The position numbers and the translations under genes were made by a program. Below are positions 1 to 10,348 of a stretch of DNA of 64,000 nucleotides, one piece after another. How positions within the stretch are numbered: the stretch's first letter is position 1; the number at the start of each line of letters is the position of its first letter. The stretch is taken from contig CAZEBZ010000001.1 in assembly GCA_964510775.1 (NCBI GenBank), positions 21,608-85,607 on the forward strand, in the 5' to 3' direction. The stretch is from an uncultured Thermodesulfobacteriota bacterium (lineage in GTDB: Bacteria > Desulfobacterota > GWC2-55-46 > JADFVP01). Under the pieces are notes generated by a model. The model was given only the letters and a program-made list of their open reading frames with translations. It was not told the origin of the DNA and made no database searches.

Positions 1-1
1 C

Positions 2-445
2 GCAGCCATATTTTTTCTCCTTATATGTATTACAGACTGGCTCGATGGTTATGTAGCGAGAAAAAAAGGCCTTGTAACCTCACTTGGCAAGTTCCTCGAC
101 CCCCTTGCCGATAAACTCCTTATTATGTCCTGCTTTATTATGCTTATACCGGCGGGAAGGGTTCCGGCCTGGGTTGTGGCCCTTATCGTCTCTCGCGAGA
201 TCTCCGTTACGGGGCTTCGCGCCGTGGCCTCTGATATGGGAGTTGTCATATCCGCCGGATATCTTGGCAAGGTAAAGACTGTCTTTCAGATTATCTCTGT
301 AGCCTCACTGGTAGCTAATTACAAGTTCTACGGCCTGGATTTCCATACACTTGGTATCCTCACACTCATACCTGCCTTTATCCTCACCATGTGGTCAGGT
401 GTGGAGTATTTTTATAAGTTTTTCAATTCCCACAAAATGGGCTGA
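2..445 (+). CDS. pgsA: CDP-diacylglycerol--glycerol-3-phosphate 3-phosphatidyltransferase, 3' portion (gene begins upstream of window)
   Basis: Frame-2 ORF open to window edge; CDP-alcohol phosphatidyltransferase motif DWLDGYVARK...G..LDPLADK followed by hydrophobic helices; stop at 443-445. Confidence 0.7.
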   Translation, partial: AAIFFLLICITDWLDGYVARKKGLVTSLGKFLDPLADKLLIMSCFIMLIPAGRVPAWVVALIVSREISVTGLRAVASDMGVVISAGYLGKVKTVFQIISVASLVANYKFYGLDFHTLGILTLIPAFILTMWSGVEYFYKFFNSHKMG

Positions 446-701
446 GCCTGCGCCGTTTTTTTACTACTCTTCTTACCATCATAATATCTATTTAGAGCAA
501 ACAAAGGCCTCTTAGAAATGAGGGGTCTTTTTTTATTACAGTACTTCCGCCTGCTCGCTATTATTCTGGCTTGTTTATTGCACTTAATTACAGCGTATTA
601 TCTGGCCCTTTATGTGTGTGGCGCTGCGTCTTATGCGCTTAATTTGATTATTACATCCTAAATCGAGTGCCGCGCGCTAATCGGCCTATTCCAAAATATA
701 A

Positions 702-2654
702 ATGAAACTTACACATAGATTTTACATATATACCACTGCTCTCTTCCTTATTGCCATGGCCGTCTTTTTTTATCTTACTCACATTGAGAATGAGAGGCTG
801 CTTCGAGAAGCCGGTCTCTTAGACGCGCGAAGACTTGGCGGAGCTTTTTTTGGAGAGCTTTATACCTCAATGAGTCTTGGCGGCGGAGCCGAGGGTGACA
901 GGGCCATAATGGAGAGATATAAAAACATCGCAGGTGTAGAGTCCATTAAGGTAGTTCATGCGCCGGTAATAAATAAGACCTTCGGAGCCGAGGCCGATGA
1001 GAGAGCCGATGATGATTTTGAACAGAAGGGGCTTGGAGGAACTGAGGCTTATAAGATTATAGAGAATAAGACTGCGAGACACAGGTCTATGAGGCTTGTA
1101 ATGCCCATAAGATTTAAGGCGAAGTGCCGGGGCTGTCACAAGGCGCCGCCGAGCTCTCTTGCCGGGCTTGTATCGCTTCAAGTCTCACTTGTGAGGTATG
1201 AGGCTATAGTTGCAAGCCATGAGAGATATTTACTGCTATGCGGTCTACTCGTAATTATCTTCTCCGGTATCCTTATCCTTGCCGCGCTTCGAAGACATGT
1301 GCTTCGCCCGCTATTATCCCTTAAAAACGGTCTTGACTCAATTCAAGGCGGAGACCTTGCAAAACGAGTTCGTGTCACCTCCCATGATGAATTCGAGGAA
1401 GTGGGCAGTGCCTTTAATCTAATGGCAGAGTCACTTGAGAAGACTTCCGCTGACCTTAAGGACGCCGTCTTTAATTATGCCTCCCTTGTTGAGATGGCAG
1501 CAGATGCCATCGTGCTGATTGACGCGAAGAGTATGGTTATTGTAGAGGTTAACCGGGCAGCGGAGCTGCTAACATGTCTCTCAAAAGAAGAACTGTGCCA
1601 AAAAAATGCGACGGATTTATACGTCACCACAACTCGAAAAGAGGCATATAAGGCCTCTTTTAAACGCTGGGTTTTTGACGGCAAGGGTTACGCACATGAT
1701 AGTCTTATAGAGGCAAAACAGGGCGGCGCAGTGCCTGTAGATATATCCGCCTCAGTAATAGAGCGTAACGGCAGGAGGTTTGTCCTTGAGATATGGCGTG
1801 ATATTACTGAGAGAAAATTCCTTGAAGATGGAATGCGTTCAAAGATACTGGAGCTTGAGGAGCGCGTAGGGGAGAGAACAAGAGAGCTTGAGGAGGCCTA
1901 TGAAAAATTAAAGAGATCGCAGCAGCAGATAGTACAGTCGGCGAAACTTGTCTCTCTTGGCGAGATGGGCGCGGGCATAGCACATGAGCTTAACAGCCCG
2001 CTGGCCGGAATACTTACCATTGTAGAGGTACTGCTTGGCCGCATGGATAGGAATGATCGCAACTACGAGATGCTGAAAAAGATAAAAGATGCCGCAGTGC
2101 GCTCAAAATATATCATCATAGATATGCTTAGCTATGCCAGATCATTTAAGGGGGATTTTGAGCCCTTGAACCTTAATGAGGTGCTAAAATCCACGCTTTC
2201 CTTATTTGTCTCAGAGATTAATTACGCAAGCACTGAGGTAAGTCTTGATCTCTGCGCCAATCCTGCTCCGGTGTTCGGCGCAAGAGGGCAGCTTATGGAG
2301 GTATTTTTGAACCTTATAAAAAACGCGAGAGACGCTCTATCAGTAAACGGCTGTATTACCCTCTCCACTTATACGGTTAATGAGGCTGAGGGGCTTATGA
2401 TTGTTGCCGAGATTAATGATAACGGTAAAGGTATACCTGAAGAGATAATCGAGCGAATATTTGACCCTTTCTTTTCCACAAAAGAAAAGGGAGGAGGTCT
2501 CAACATAGGGCTCGGACTCTCTATCTCACAGAGCATCGTTAAGGAGCATGGCGGTAGACTTGAGGTAAAGAACAGAGCCCGAGGCGGCGCCTCATTCAGT
2601 ATCATCTTGCCGGCTATCATAGAGAGTGAGGCTGAGGATAGCTTAAAAATATGA
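702..2654 (+). CDS. membrane sensor histidine kinase: TM, periplasmic domain with CxxCH (putative c-type heme), TM, HAMP, PAS, coiled coil, HisKA, HATPase
   Basis: 650 aa; two TM helices flank a ~170 aa loop containing CRGCH (nt 1125-1139); H-box HELNSPLAGI; ATPase N/G boxes NLIKNARDA, DNGKGIPEE, GLGLSIS. Confidence 0.8.
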   Translation: MKLTHRFYIYTTALFLIAMAVFFYLTHIENERLLREAGLLDARRLGGAFFGELYTSMSLGGGAEGDRAIMERYKNIAGVESIKVVHAPVINKTFGAEADERADDDFEQKGLGGTEAYKIIENKTARHRSMRLVMPIRFKAKCRGCHKAPPSSLAGLVSLQVSLVRYEAIVASHERYLLLCGLLVIIFSGILILAALRRHVLRPLLSLKNGLDSIQGGDLAKRVRVTSHDEFEEVGSAFNLMAESLEKTSADLKDAVFNYASLVEMAADAIVLIDAKSMVIVEVNRAAELLTCLSKEELCQKNATDLYVTTTRKEAYKASFKRWVFDGKGYAHDSLIEAKQGGAVPVDISASVIERNGRRFVLEIWRDITERKFLEDGMRSKILELEERVGERTRELEEAYEKLKRSQQQIVQSAKLVSLGEMGAGIAHELNSPLAGILTIVEVLLGRMDRNDRNYEMLKKIKDAAVRSKYIIIDMLSYARSFKGDFEPLNLNEVLKSTLSLFVSEINYASTEVSLDLCANPAPVFGARGQLMEVFLNLIKNARDALSVNGCITLSTYTVNEAEGLMIVAEINDNGKGIPEEIIERIFDPFFSTKEKGGGLNIGLGLSISQSIVKEHGGRLEVKNRARGGASFSIILPAIIESEAEDSLKI

Positions 2655-2984
2655 AAAAACCAATATCATGTGGAGAGGGGGGAGTGCTTTTTTGTAGTTG
2701 TGATTACACCTCGTAGAGTCAGGTGCTAAATGCAGCGGTGCCGATTTTTGTCATGCATAAATCAAGATGCTATAGCGCTAAAATGAAATGTGATGAAAAC
2801 ACTTGACAGTTATACATATTTCATATACTATTAGCGTGACAATAATTGTCACTTTGAGTAGGGCCCATCTTTGTTAGCTCTTGATATGTGAGTATGTACT
2901 TAGAATTAATCTAACTTGTATTAAAAAACGTCACCATTGATTTTGTCCCTAATATCTTAAAAAATCTAATACTTAGAAACCCTT

Positions 2985-4685
2985 ATGATGACTGATAGAC
3001 TTGGAGAATTACTGCTTAGAGAGAAGCTGATTACTGAAGATCAGCTTGTAAAAGCCCTTGAGGCCCAGAGAGAGGGCGGCGGGAGGCTCGGTTTTAATCT
3101 TACAAAACTTGGTTTTGTAAGTGATACTGAGCTTACACAATTTCTCAGCAAACAGTACGGCATACCTACTGTCGATCTCTTTACTGAGGAGATTGAGCCT
3201 GATATTATTAAGCTTGTCCCTGAAGAGGTCTCGAGAAAGTATCATATACTACCCCTTAACAGAACGGGCTCCACACTTGTTATCGCAATGGCCGATCCTT
3301 CTAATATATTCGCCATTGACGATATAAAATTTCTTACCGGTTATAACGTTGAACCTCTCGTTGCCTCTGAGGAGGCTATCAAAGACTCTATTGACAAGTA
3401 TTACGAGAGCGACGACTACGGACTTGAGGGGGTCTTTTCAGGTTTTGATGATGAGGATATGGAGGTAGTTCAGGAAGAAGATGAACTTGATATCTCCGAT
3501 CTTAAAAAGGCCACAGAAGACGCCCCTGTTGTACGGCTTGTAAACTTTATCCTCACAGACGCCATTAAGAAGGGCGCAAGCGACATTCATATCGAACCAT
3601 ACGAGAAACACTTTCGCGTGAGGTACAGGATTGACGGTGTGCTTCACGAGGTAATGAAACCGCCCCTTAAGTTAAAGAACGCGATTTCATCAAGAATAAA
3701 GATAATGAGTCAGCTCAATATAGCCGAGCGTCGCCTTCCTCAGGACGGCAGGATTAAACTCAAACTGGGCAAACGTAAAGAGATGGATTACCGCGTCTCT
3801 GTACTGCCTACTCTTTACGGTGAGAAGGTGGTCTTGAGGCTCCTTGACAAGAGCAACCTTCAGCTTGATATGACAAAGCTTGGTTTTGAGGGCGGCGCTC
3901 TTGAGGCGTTCCTCTCTGCTATACATCAGCCCTGGGGCATTGTCCTTGTAACGGGCCCTACAGGAAGCGGAAAGACAACAACACTCTACTCCGCGCTCTC
4001 AGACCTTAATAAGATTACTGATAATATCTCCACGGCAGAGGACCCTGTTGAGTTTAACCTCATGGGTATTAATCAGGTGCAGATGCACGAGGAGATAGGG
4101 CTTAACTTCGCCGCCTCTCTTCGCAGTTTTCTTCGTCAAGACCCAGACATAATCATGGTCGGTGAGATTCGTGACTACGAGACGGCCGAGATAGCCATTA
4201 AGGCCGCCCTTACAGGTCATCTTGTACTCTCAACTCTCCATACCAACGACGCCCCTTCTACTGTTAACAGACTCCTTAACATGGGTATTGAGCCTTTTCT
4301 TGTGGCCTCTGCCACTAATCTTATCCTTGCCCAGAGGCTCGCGCGTAAGATATGCAGCGAGTGTAAAGAGGTAGTCGAGGTACCGACAAAAGTCTTTGAG
4401 GATATGGGGCTTGTTAATGAAGAGGTCAAGGGAAAGGATTTTTATACGGGCAAGGGCTGCGCAGTCTGCAACGGTACTGGTTTTAAGGGCCGTATAGCCC
4501 TCTACGAGGTGATGCCCTTTACAGATAATTTAAAGGAGCTTGTCCTTAACGGCGCTTCCTCAGCGGAGTTGAAAAAGGCCGCCATAGTAGAGTCTATGAA
4601 GACGCTGCGAATGAGCGGTATGACAAAAGCCCTTGAGGGTGTGACTACACTTGAGGAAATTCTGCGCGTTACTATGGCGGATTAA
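2985..4685 (+). CDS. pilB: type IV pilus assembly ATPase PilB (GspE family)
   Basis: 566 aa; N-terminal GSPII_E N-domain; Walker A GPTGSGKTT; Asp/His boxes; C-terminal tetracysteine CSEC...CAVC zinc motif. Confidence 0.9.
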   Translation: MMTDRLGELLLREKLITEDQLVKALEAQREGGGRLGFNLTKLGFVSDTELTQFLSKQYGIPTVDLFTEEIEPDIIKLVPEEVSRKYHILPLNRTGSTLVIAMADPSNIFAIDDIKFLTGYNVEPLVASEEAIKDSIDKYYESDDYGLEGVFSGFDDEDMEVVQEEDELDISDLKKATEDAPVVRLVNFILTDAIKKGASDIHIEPYEKHFRVRYRIDGVLHEVMKPPLKLKNAISSRIKIMSQLNIAERRLPQDGRIKLKLGKRKEMDYRVSVLPTLYGEKVVLRLLDKSNLQLDMTKLGFEGGALEAFLSAIHQPWGIVLVTGPTGSGKTTTLYSALSDLNKITDNISTAEDPVEFNLMGINQVQMHEEIGLNFAASLRSFLRQDPDIIMVGEIRDYETAEIAIKAALTGHLVLSTLHTNDAPSTVNRLLNMGIEPFLVASATNLILAQRLARKICSECKEVVEVPTKVFEDMGLVNEEVKGKDFYTGKGCAVCNGTGFKGRIALYEVMPFTDNLKELVLNGASSAELKKAAIVESMKTLRMSGMTKALEGVTTLEEILRVTMAD

Positions 4686-4841
4686 TAAATAAAAGTTTTT
4701 ACCTTATATAAGTAAGAAACAAAGATGCTGTCGAGGCTGCTGTAACTTAGGTCATAACATTTTTTATTCTATGAGCTTATACTATAAAAAGAAACCGTTT
4801 TACAAACGGGGTCTTAGCAGAACAAAATAAAGGAGTTTGAG

Positions 4842-5966
4842 ATGCCTTCTGATAACGCTTGTTCATATTCCATCCAGGATCTTCTCCGGGAATTAATTGA
4901 AAAAGACGGCTCAGATCTACACATAACCTCAGGCTCGCCTCCGAGGATGAGAACCCTTGGAAAGCTTGCCGCTATTGATGGCCCCAACCTTAACAGCGTT
5001 GATACAAAGAACCTTTGCTACTCTATAATTACAGATCAGCAGCGTCAGCAGTTTGAGGAGGCAAATGAGCTTGATTTCTCATTTGGCATAAAAGGGCTCA
5101 GCCGTTTCAGAGGCAACCTCTTTGTTCAGCGCGGCACTGTCGCCGGAGTCTTCAGGGCCATACCTTTTCGTATAATGACCTTCAACGAACTGGGGCTGCC
5201 CAAGGTCGTTGAGGGCCTCTGTAGAAAACCCCGCGGCCTTGTCCTCGTAACAGGCCCTACGGGAAGCGGCAAATCCACTACTCTTGCCTCTATGGTAGAC
5301 AGCATTAACAGAGAGCGATACGAGCATATCGTCACCATTGAAGACCCTATTGAGTATCTTCACAGCTCGCAGCGTGCCCTCGTTAATCAGCGTGAAGTTG
5401 GTTATGATACTCAGTCATACAGAAATGCCCTGAAGTATGTGCTTCGTCAAGACCCTGACGTAGTGCTTCTTGGAGAGCTTAGAGACACGGAGACTATTGA
5501 CGCGGCGCTTCGTATCGCCGAGACAGGCCACCTCTGCCTCGCTACACTCCATACCAACTCCTGTACGCAGACAATAAACAGAATAATAGACGTCTTCCCC
5601 GCGGCTCAGCAGCAGCAGGTAAGGACGCAGCTATCATTTGTACTTGAGGGTGTGCTCTCGCAGATACTAATTCCAAAGTCCGATGGAAAGGGCCGCGTTC
5701 TTGCCATGGAGATAATGATACCCAACTCGGCTATCAGAAACCTCATACGAGAGGACAAGATACATCAGATATATTCTCAGATGCAGGTAGGCCAGTCTAA
5801 ATTTTCTATGCAAACGCTGAATCAGGCCCTTATTAACCTTTATCTCCAGAGGTCGATTTCACTTGAAGATGCCAGCGGCCGCAGCCAGGTTCCTGATGAA
5901 TTCTATCAGATGCTTCAGGCCTCAGGGGCCGGAGGGGTCAGTACTTATATGAAGAGGAGAGGATAA
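4842..5966 (+). CDS. pilT: twitching motility/pilus retraction ATPase PilT
   Basis: 374 aa; Walker A GPTGSGKST; PilT-family motifs (AIRNLIRE); RBS AAGGAG 8 nt upstream. Confidence 0.9.
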   Translation: MPSDNACSYSIQDLLRELIEKDGSDLHITSGSPPRMRTLGKLAAIDGPNLNSVDTKNLCYSIITDQQRQQFEEANELDFSFGIKGLSRFRGNLFVQRGTVAGVFRAIPFRIMTFNELGLPKVVEGLCRKPRGLVLVTGPTGSGKSTTLASMVDSINRERYEHIVTIEDPIEYLHSSQRALVNQREVGYDTQSYRNALKYVLRQDPDVVLLGELRDTETIDAALRIAETGHLCLATLHTNSCTQTINRIIDVFPAAQQQQVRTQLSFVLEGVLSQILIPKSDGKGRVLAMEIMIPNSAIRNLIREDKIHQIYSQMQVGQSKFSMQTLNQALINLYLQRSISLEDASGRSQVPDEFYQMLQASGAGGVSTYMKRRG

Positions 5967-5968
5967 TT

Positions 5969-7195
5969 ATGGCTACTTTTGTCTTTAAAGGAAAGACCTC
6001 AGGCGGTATCTTTAAAAAAGGGGAGCTGCAGGCCGGCAATCTCGCGCAGGCAACGGCATCGCTACGGCGCCAAAACATAATCCCTGTCTCGGTAAGCCAG
6101 AAAAAAGGCCTTGTTGCCACCCTTAACAGTATTAATATCCCCGGGCTCTCCAAGGGTATCTGTACAAAAGACCTGGCTATATTCTCAAGACAGTTCGCCA
6201 CGATGATAGACGCGGGGCTTCCTCTGGTGCAGTGCCTTGAGATCTTATCGTCACAGCATGATAATGCCGAGTTCAAAAAAATTCTCGTCGAGGTGAAGAC
6301 CTCCGTAGAGGGCGGCTCCACTTTTTCCGATGCCCTCGGTAAACACCCAAAGGTATTTGATTCACTCTTTGTAAACCTCGTTAACGCCGGCGAGGTAGGC
6401 GGTATACTTGATACCATTCTAAACCGCCTTGCCATATTCCTTGAAAAAAACGAACAGCTGAAGAGCAAGATTAAGGGAGCTCTTACATACCCGGCTGCGG
6501 TTATCATAATAGCGTCTCTTGTTGTAACGGGTCTTCTTATCTTTGTTGTGCCTATCTTTGAGAATATGTTCGCTGATTTTGGCCAGGCCCTTCCGGCGCC
6601 TACTCAGGTCGTTGTCATGTTGAGTAAATTTCTCCAGAACTACTGGTACATCCTAATAGGAGCCATAGTGGGTATTGGTGTCTTTATTAACAGGGCCCAT
6701 AAGACTGTAAAGGGGCGTATGATTATTGATAAGTTGCTGCTAAAGGCTCCGGTAGTGGGAGATCTGCTGAGAAAGACTGCTACGGCTCGTTTTACACGTA
6801 CTCTGGGTACCATGCTGTCAAGTGGTGTGCCAATACTCGAGGCCATGGATATCGTATCAAAGACTGCGGGTAACGCCGTAGTTGAGAGGGCAATTATGAC
6901 CTCAAAAGATAGTCTCAGTCAGGGTAAGACCCTTGCCGACCCTCTTATTGAGAGTAAGGTGTTCCCGGGCATGGTGACGCAGATGATAGCAGTTGGAGAG
7001 ACTACGGGAGCACTTGATGCCATGCTTGGCAAGATTGCCGACTTCTATGAGCAGGAGGTTGATGTTGCTGTTGAGGCTATGACCTCTCTTATCGAGCCTC
7101 TCTTAATGGCATTTCTCGGTGTAGCCGTTGGCGGACTCGTCATCGCGCTGTACCTGCCAATATTCCAGATAGCCGGCGTTACGAGTGGCGGCTGA
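5969..7195 (+). CDS. pilC: type IV pilus inner-membrane platform protein PilC (GspF family)
   Basis: 408 aa; duplicated T2SSF domains; three TM segments; position in pilB-pilT-pilC order. Confidence 0.9.
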   Translation: MATFVFKGKTSGGIFKKGELQAGNLAQATASLRRQNIIPVSVSQKKGLVATLNSINIPGLSKGICTKDLAIFSRQFATMIDAGLPLVQCLEILSSQHDNAEFKKILVEVKTSVEGGSTFSDALGKHPKVFDSLFVNLVNAGEVGGILDTILNRLAIFLEKNEQLKSKIKGALTYPAAVIIIASLVVTGLLIFVVPIFENMFADFGQALPAPTQVVVMLSKFLQNYWYILIGAIVGIGVFINRAHKTVKGRMIIDKLLLKAPVVGDLLRKTATARFTRTLGTMLSSGVPILEAMDIVSKTAGNAVVERAIMTSKDSLSQGKTLADPLIESKVFPGMVTQMIAVGETTGALDAMLGKIADFYEQEVDVAVEAMTSLIEPLLMAFLGVAVGGLVIALYLPIFQIAGVTSGG

Positions 7196-8923
7196 TTGGG
7201 CGGCGTATTAACTATGGAAGAAGAGACTAAAAAGGCCCTCAAGAACAAGGTCCTTGTACTGATGTTCCTGAGGGCTCTTCTTGCACTTGTTTTTCTTGGG
7301 ATTACTACGTGGTTTCAGGTCAGGGACTATTCATTTTCAAACCTGAACCCCTATCCCTTATATGCAATTGTTATTCTCATAGGCGTAGTTACAATTATTT
7401 ACGCCATGGCGCTTAAATGGGTAAAGAACCTGCGCCTCTTTATTTATATGCAGGTTACCGTTGACATCGCCATCATTACCGTCACGGTTTACGTTACAGG
7501 AGGCATTGAGAGTTATCTACAGGTTCTTTACTTTCTAAGCATCATCGGGGCCTCCATCATGCTCTCAAAGCGGGGCGGGTACTACGCGGCGTCTTTAGCG
7601 AGTATATCCTACGGAGTGCTTATAGATCTCGATTTCTATTCCCTTCTGCCATTTAAGTACAAGATGTTCCCATCGTACTTTACACATAGATGGGATGAAG
7701 CGATTACAACTATATCCACTAATATTCTCGCCTACTTTTTTGTAGCTCTTCTAACGGGGTATCTTGCACGGAAGACAGAGAGGTTTGAGAGGCGCCTTGA
7801 GGAGCAGACTATTGATTTTGACAAGCTCTCCAGACTTAACGAGTACATAGTTGAGAACATAACAAGCGGGATTATGACTATTGATGAGTTTTCAAGGATT
7901 ACATCATTTAACAAGGCGGCGGAGATGATATCCGGCTACTCTCTTGTAGATGTCTACAACAGGGATATAAACGATATTTTCCCCGAGATTGTTACAAGTA
8001 ATAATACTTTTACTGACGGCAGACCTCGTCTTGAGAAGACGGTAAAGACAAAAGACGGCGCTGATGTCTTTATTGGTTTCAGGTTCTCGCGCGGTACTGA
8101 GGCAAGTGACGCCCATATTATCATCTTTCAGGATCTCTCAAAACTGCGCTCCATGGAAGATCAGCTTCAAAGAGCCGAGAAACTAAAGGCCCTTGGTGAG
8201 ATTTCCGTAGGTATAGCCCATGAGGTGCGTAATCCTCTGGCGTCTATTAGCGGATCCATACAGGTCTTGAAAGACCAGGTATCTCTACACGGCGACAACC
8301 TTACGCTTATGGAGATAGTACTGCGTGAGACAAAGAGGCTCAATGAACTTATTACGGATTTTTTACTCTTTGCTCGTCCCGCTCCGAAGGAGCGTCTTAT
8401 TATGAACCTCTCAGAGGTGATAGGCGAGAAGATTCTTCTCTTTGAAAATTCAGAGGAGTTGTGCGGTATTAATATCGTGAACTCTCTTGATAAGAGTATT
8501 CTTATAAAAGGAGACATGCGTCAACTTGGCCAGGTCTTCTGGAATATACTTATTAACTCGGCTCATGCCATCGGAAAAGGCGGCGGCGAAATAACTCTTA
8601 GCTCTGCTTATGACGAAAATAAGGGCCCTGCGGGTCAATCTTTTATTGCCGTAGAGGTTGCCGACTCCGGGCATGGTATGGACGCCTCGGCTATAAAAAA
8701 GATATTCGACCCATTTTATTCCACTCGTGAGAGCGGTACGGGCCTTGGACTTGCCATAGCCCATAGTATTATTCAGAACCACGGCGGAGATATTCTTGTT
8801 ACGAGTACTCCGGGAGAAGGCAGCAAGTTTACTATCTCACTACCCCTTCTCGATTCCATTGGCGAAGAAATTAAAATGCAAAACTCACTGTATCTTGAGC
8901 CTCATAAGGAATATTTGAATTGA
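7196..8923 (+). CDS. pilS: PilS-type sensor histidine kinase (polytopic N-terminus, PAS, HisKA, HATPase)
   Basis: 575 aa; about 6 N-terminal TM helices; H-box HEVRNPLASI; G-boxes DSGHGM, GTGLGLAI. Start is TTG at 7196; ATG at 7214 is an alternative. Confidence 0.8.
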   Translation: MGGVLTMEEETKKALKNKVLVLMFLRALLALVFLGITTWFQVRDYSFSNLNPYPLYAIVILIGVVTIIYAMALKWVKNLRLFIYMQVTVDIAIITVTVYVTGGIESYLQVLYFLSIIGASIMLSKRGGYYAASLASISYGVLIDLDFYSLLPFKYKMFPSYFTHRWDEAITTISTNILAYFFVALLTGYLARKTERFERRLEEQTIDFDKLSRLNEYIVENITSGIMTIDEFSRITSFNKAAEMISGYSLVDVYNRDINDIFPEIVTSNNTFTDGRPRLEKTVKTKDGADVFIGFRFSRGTEASDAHIIIFQDLSKLRSMEDQLQRAEKLKALGEISVGIAHEVRNPLASISGSIQVLKDQVSLHGDNLTLMEIVLRETKRLNELITDFLLFARPAPKERLIMNLSEVIGEKILLFENSEELCGINIVNSLDKSILIKGDMRQLGQVFWNILINSAHAIGKGGGEITLSSAYDENKGPAGQSFIAVEVADSGHGMDASAIKKIFDPFYSTRESGTGLGLAIAHSIIQNHGGDILVTSTPGEGSKFTISLPLLDSIGEEIKMQNSLYLEPHKEYLN

Positions 8924-8947
8924 CAACAAGGAGGTTCATACAGGCAA

Positions 8948-10348
8948 ATGGCTGACAAAAATATAAAGAACAAGAGCAAGATTGTCGTCGTTGATGACGA
9001 GCAGGATATGAGATCCTTTCTGGAAATACTGCTGCGCCGCTGCGGGTACTCTGTTATGAGTTTCCCTACTGCGAAGATGGCCCTACTGTACTGCAGGGCA
9101 AATCCCTTTGATCTCGTAATTACAGATCTTCGCATGCCGGGAATGGATGGAGTGGAGCTGCTTCGCGAGTTGAAGGGCATTGACAAAGAGGCGCCTGTTA
9201 TTATGATAACGGCCTACGCCTCTGTTGATACGGCTATTGACGCCATGAAGGCCGGGGCCTATGATTACTTTACCAAGCCTTTTAATATTGATGAGATAAA
9301 GATTAATATTAAAAAAGCCCTTGAATACCGCTCCCTTCACATTGAGAACAGTCAGTTGAAGAGAGAGATAAGGGCTTCCTCAGGTGTTGAGAGCATCATC
9401 AGCCAGAGCGCTGTTATGTCAGATATATTCAGGATTATAAAGGGCGTAGCGGCGACAAAGGCCAGCGTTCTTATTACCGGCGAGTCCGGTACTGGTAAGG
9501 AGCTTATCGCCCGCGCCGTCCATGTAGAGGGCGACCCGGTGAATACGCGTTTTGTGGCTATAAACTGCGGAGCCATACCTGAGAATCTCATGGAGAGTGA
9601 GCTCTTCGGCCATCTTAGGGGCTCATTTACAGGTGCTGTCGCTGATAAGCCCGGGCTCATTGAGCAGGCCGACGGTGGTACGCTTTTTCTTGATGAGATT
9701 ACGGAGATGCCTCTTCGCCTCCAGGTAAAACTCCTTAGATTCTTACAGGAGCGTTCATTCAGGCGTGTAGGCGGAGATGAGGACATCACTGTAGATCTGC
9801 GTATTATAGCCGCCTCCAACAAGAATGTGACAGAGGAGGTGCGCTCAGGTAAGTTCCGTGAAGATCTCTTTTACAGGCTTAATGTAATCCATATCGAGCT
9901 GCCCTCTCTTCGTGAGAGAAGAACGGATATACCGCTCCTTGCCGAGCATTTTCTCGCAAAATATTCTTCCGCTCATAATAAGCTCGTGAAGAATATCTCA
10001 AAAGAGGCTATGGACATACTCATGGGCTTTAATTACCCCGGCAACGTTCGTGAGCTTGAGAATATCATAGAGCGTGCCGTTGCCTTTAGCTCCTCAGATA
10101 CGCTCCTTCCTGATACTCTGCCTAAATCACTCTTAAGTAACGGTCTGAGTCTCGCTTTTGGTTATGACCTCGAAGTCCCTGATAAGGGCCTTGACATTGA
10201 GAAGACAGTAGAGGATATTGAGAAGGAGATAATATCCAATGCCCTTAAGAAGGCGGGAGGCGTGAAAAAAAGAGCTGCCGAGCTTCTTGGCTTGTCTTTT
10301 CGGTCCATGAGGTATAAAATCAGCAAATATGAGATACGGGAAGACTAA
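8948..10348 (+). CDS. pilR: sigma54-dependent response regulator PilR (REC + AAA+ + Fis-type HTH)
   Basis: 466 aa; receiver D54-like VITDLRMPGMDG; Walker A GESGTGKE; GSFTGA variant of GAFTGA; C-terminal HTH; adjacent to pilS. Confidence 0.85.
   Translation: MADKNIKNKSKIVVVDDEQDMRSFLEILLRRCGYSVMSFPTAKMALLYCRANPFDLVITDLRMPGMDGVELLRELKGIDKEAPVIMITAYASVDTAIDAMKAGAYDYFTKPFNIDEIKINIKKALEYRSLHIENSQLKREIRASSGVESIISQSAVMSDIFRIIKGVAATKASVLITGESGTGKELIARAVHVEGDPVNTRFVAINCGAIPENLMESELFGHLRGSFTGAVADKPGLIEQADGGTLFLDEITEMPLRLQVKLLRFLQERSFRRVGGDEDITVDLRIIAASNKNVTEEVRSGKFREDLFYRLNVIHIELPSLRERRTDIPLLAEHFLAKYSSAHNKLVKNISKEAMDILMGFNYPGNVRELENIIERAVAFSSSDTLLPDTLPKSLLSNGLSLAFGYDLEVPDKGLDIEKTVEDIEKEIISNALKKAGGVKKRAAELLGLSFRSMRYKISKYEIRED

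Noticed and set aside
446-520. Terminator after pgsA
   Set aside because: A T-run is present, but the preceding stem (CCTC/GAGG) is only ~4 bp with mismatches. Support is insufficient.
5938-6507. 189-aa minus-strand ORF spanning the pilT/pilC region, and similar antisense ORFs such as 9352..9822, 26374..26832, 39737..40159, 59775..60116 and 30373..30783
   Set aside because: They lie entirely antisense to well-supported conserved genes, have no functional motifs, and show Ser/Arg/Pro-rich antisense composition. They are spurious.
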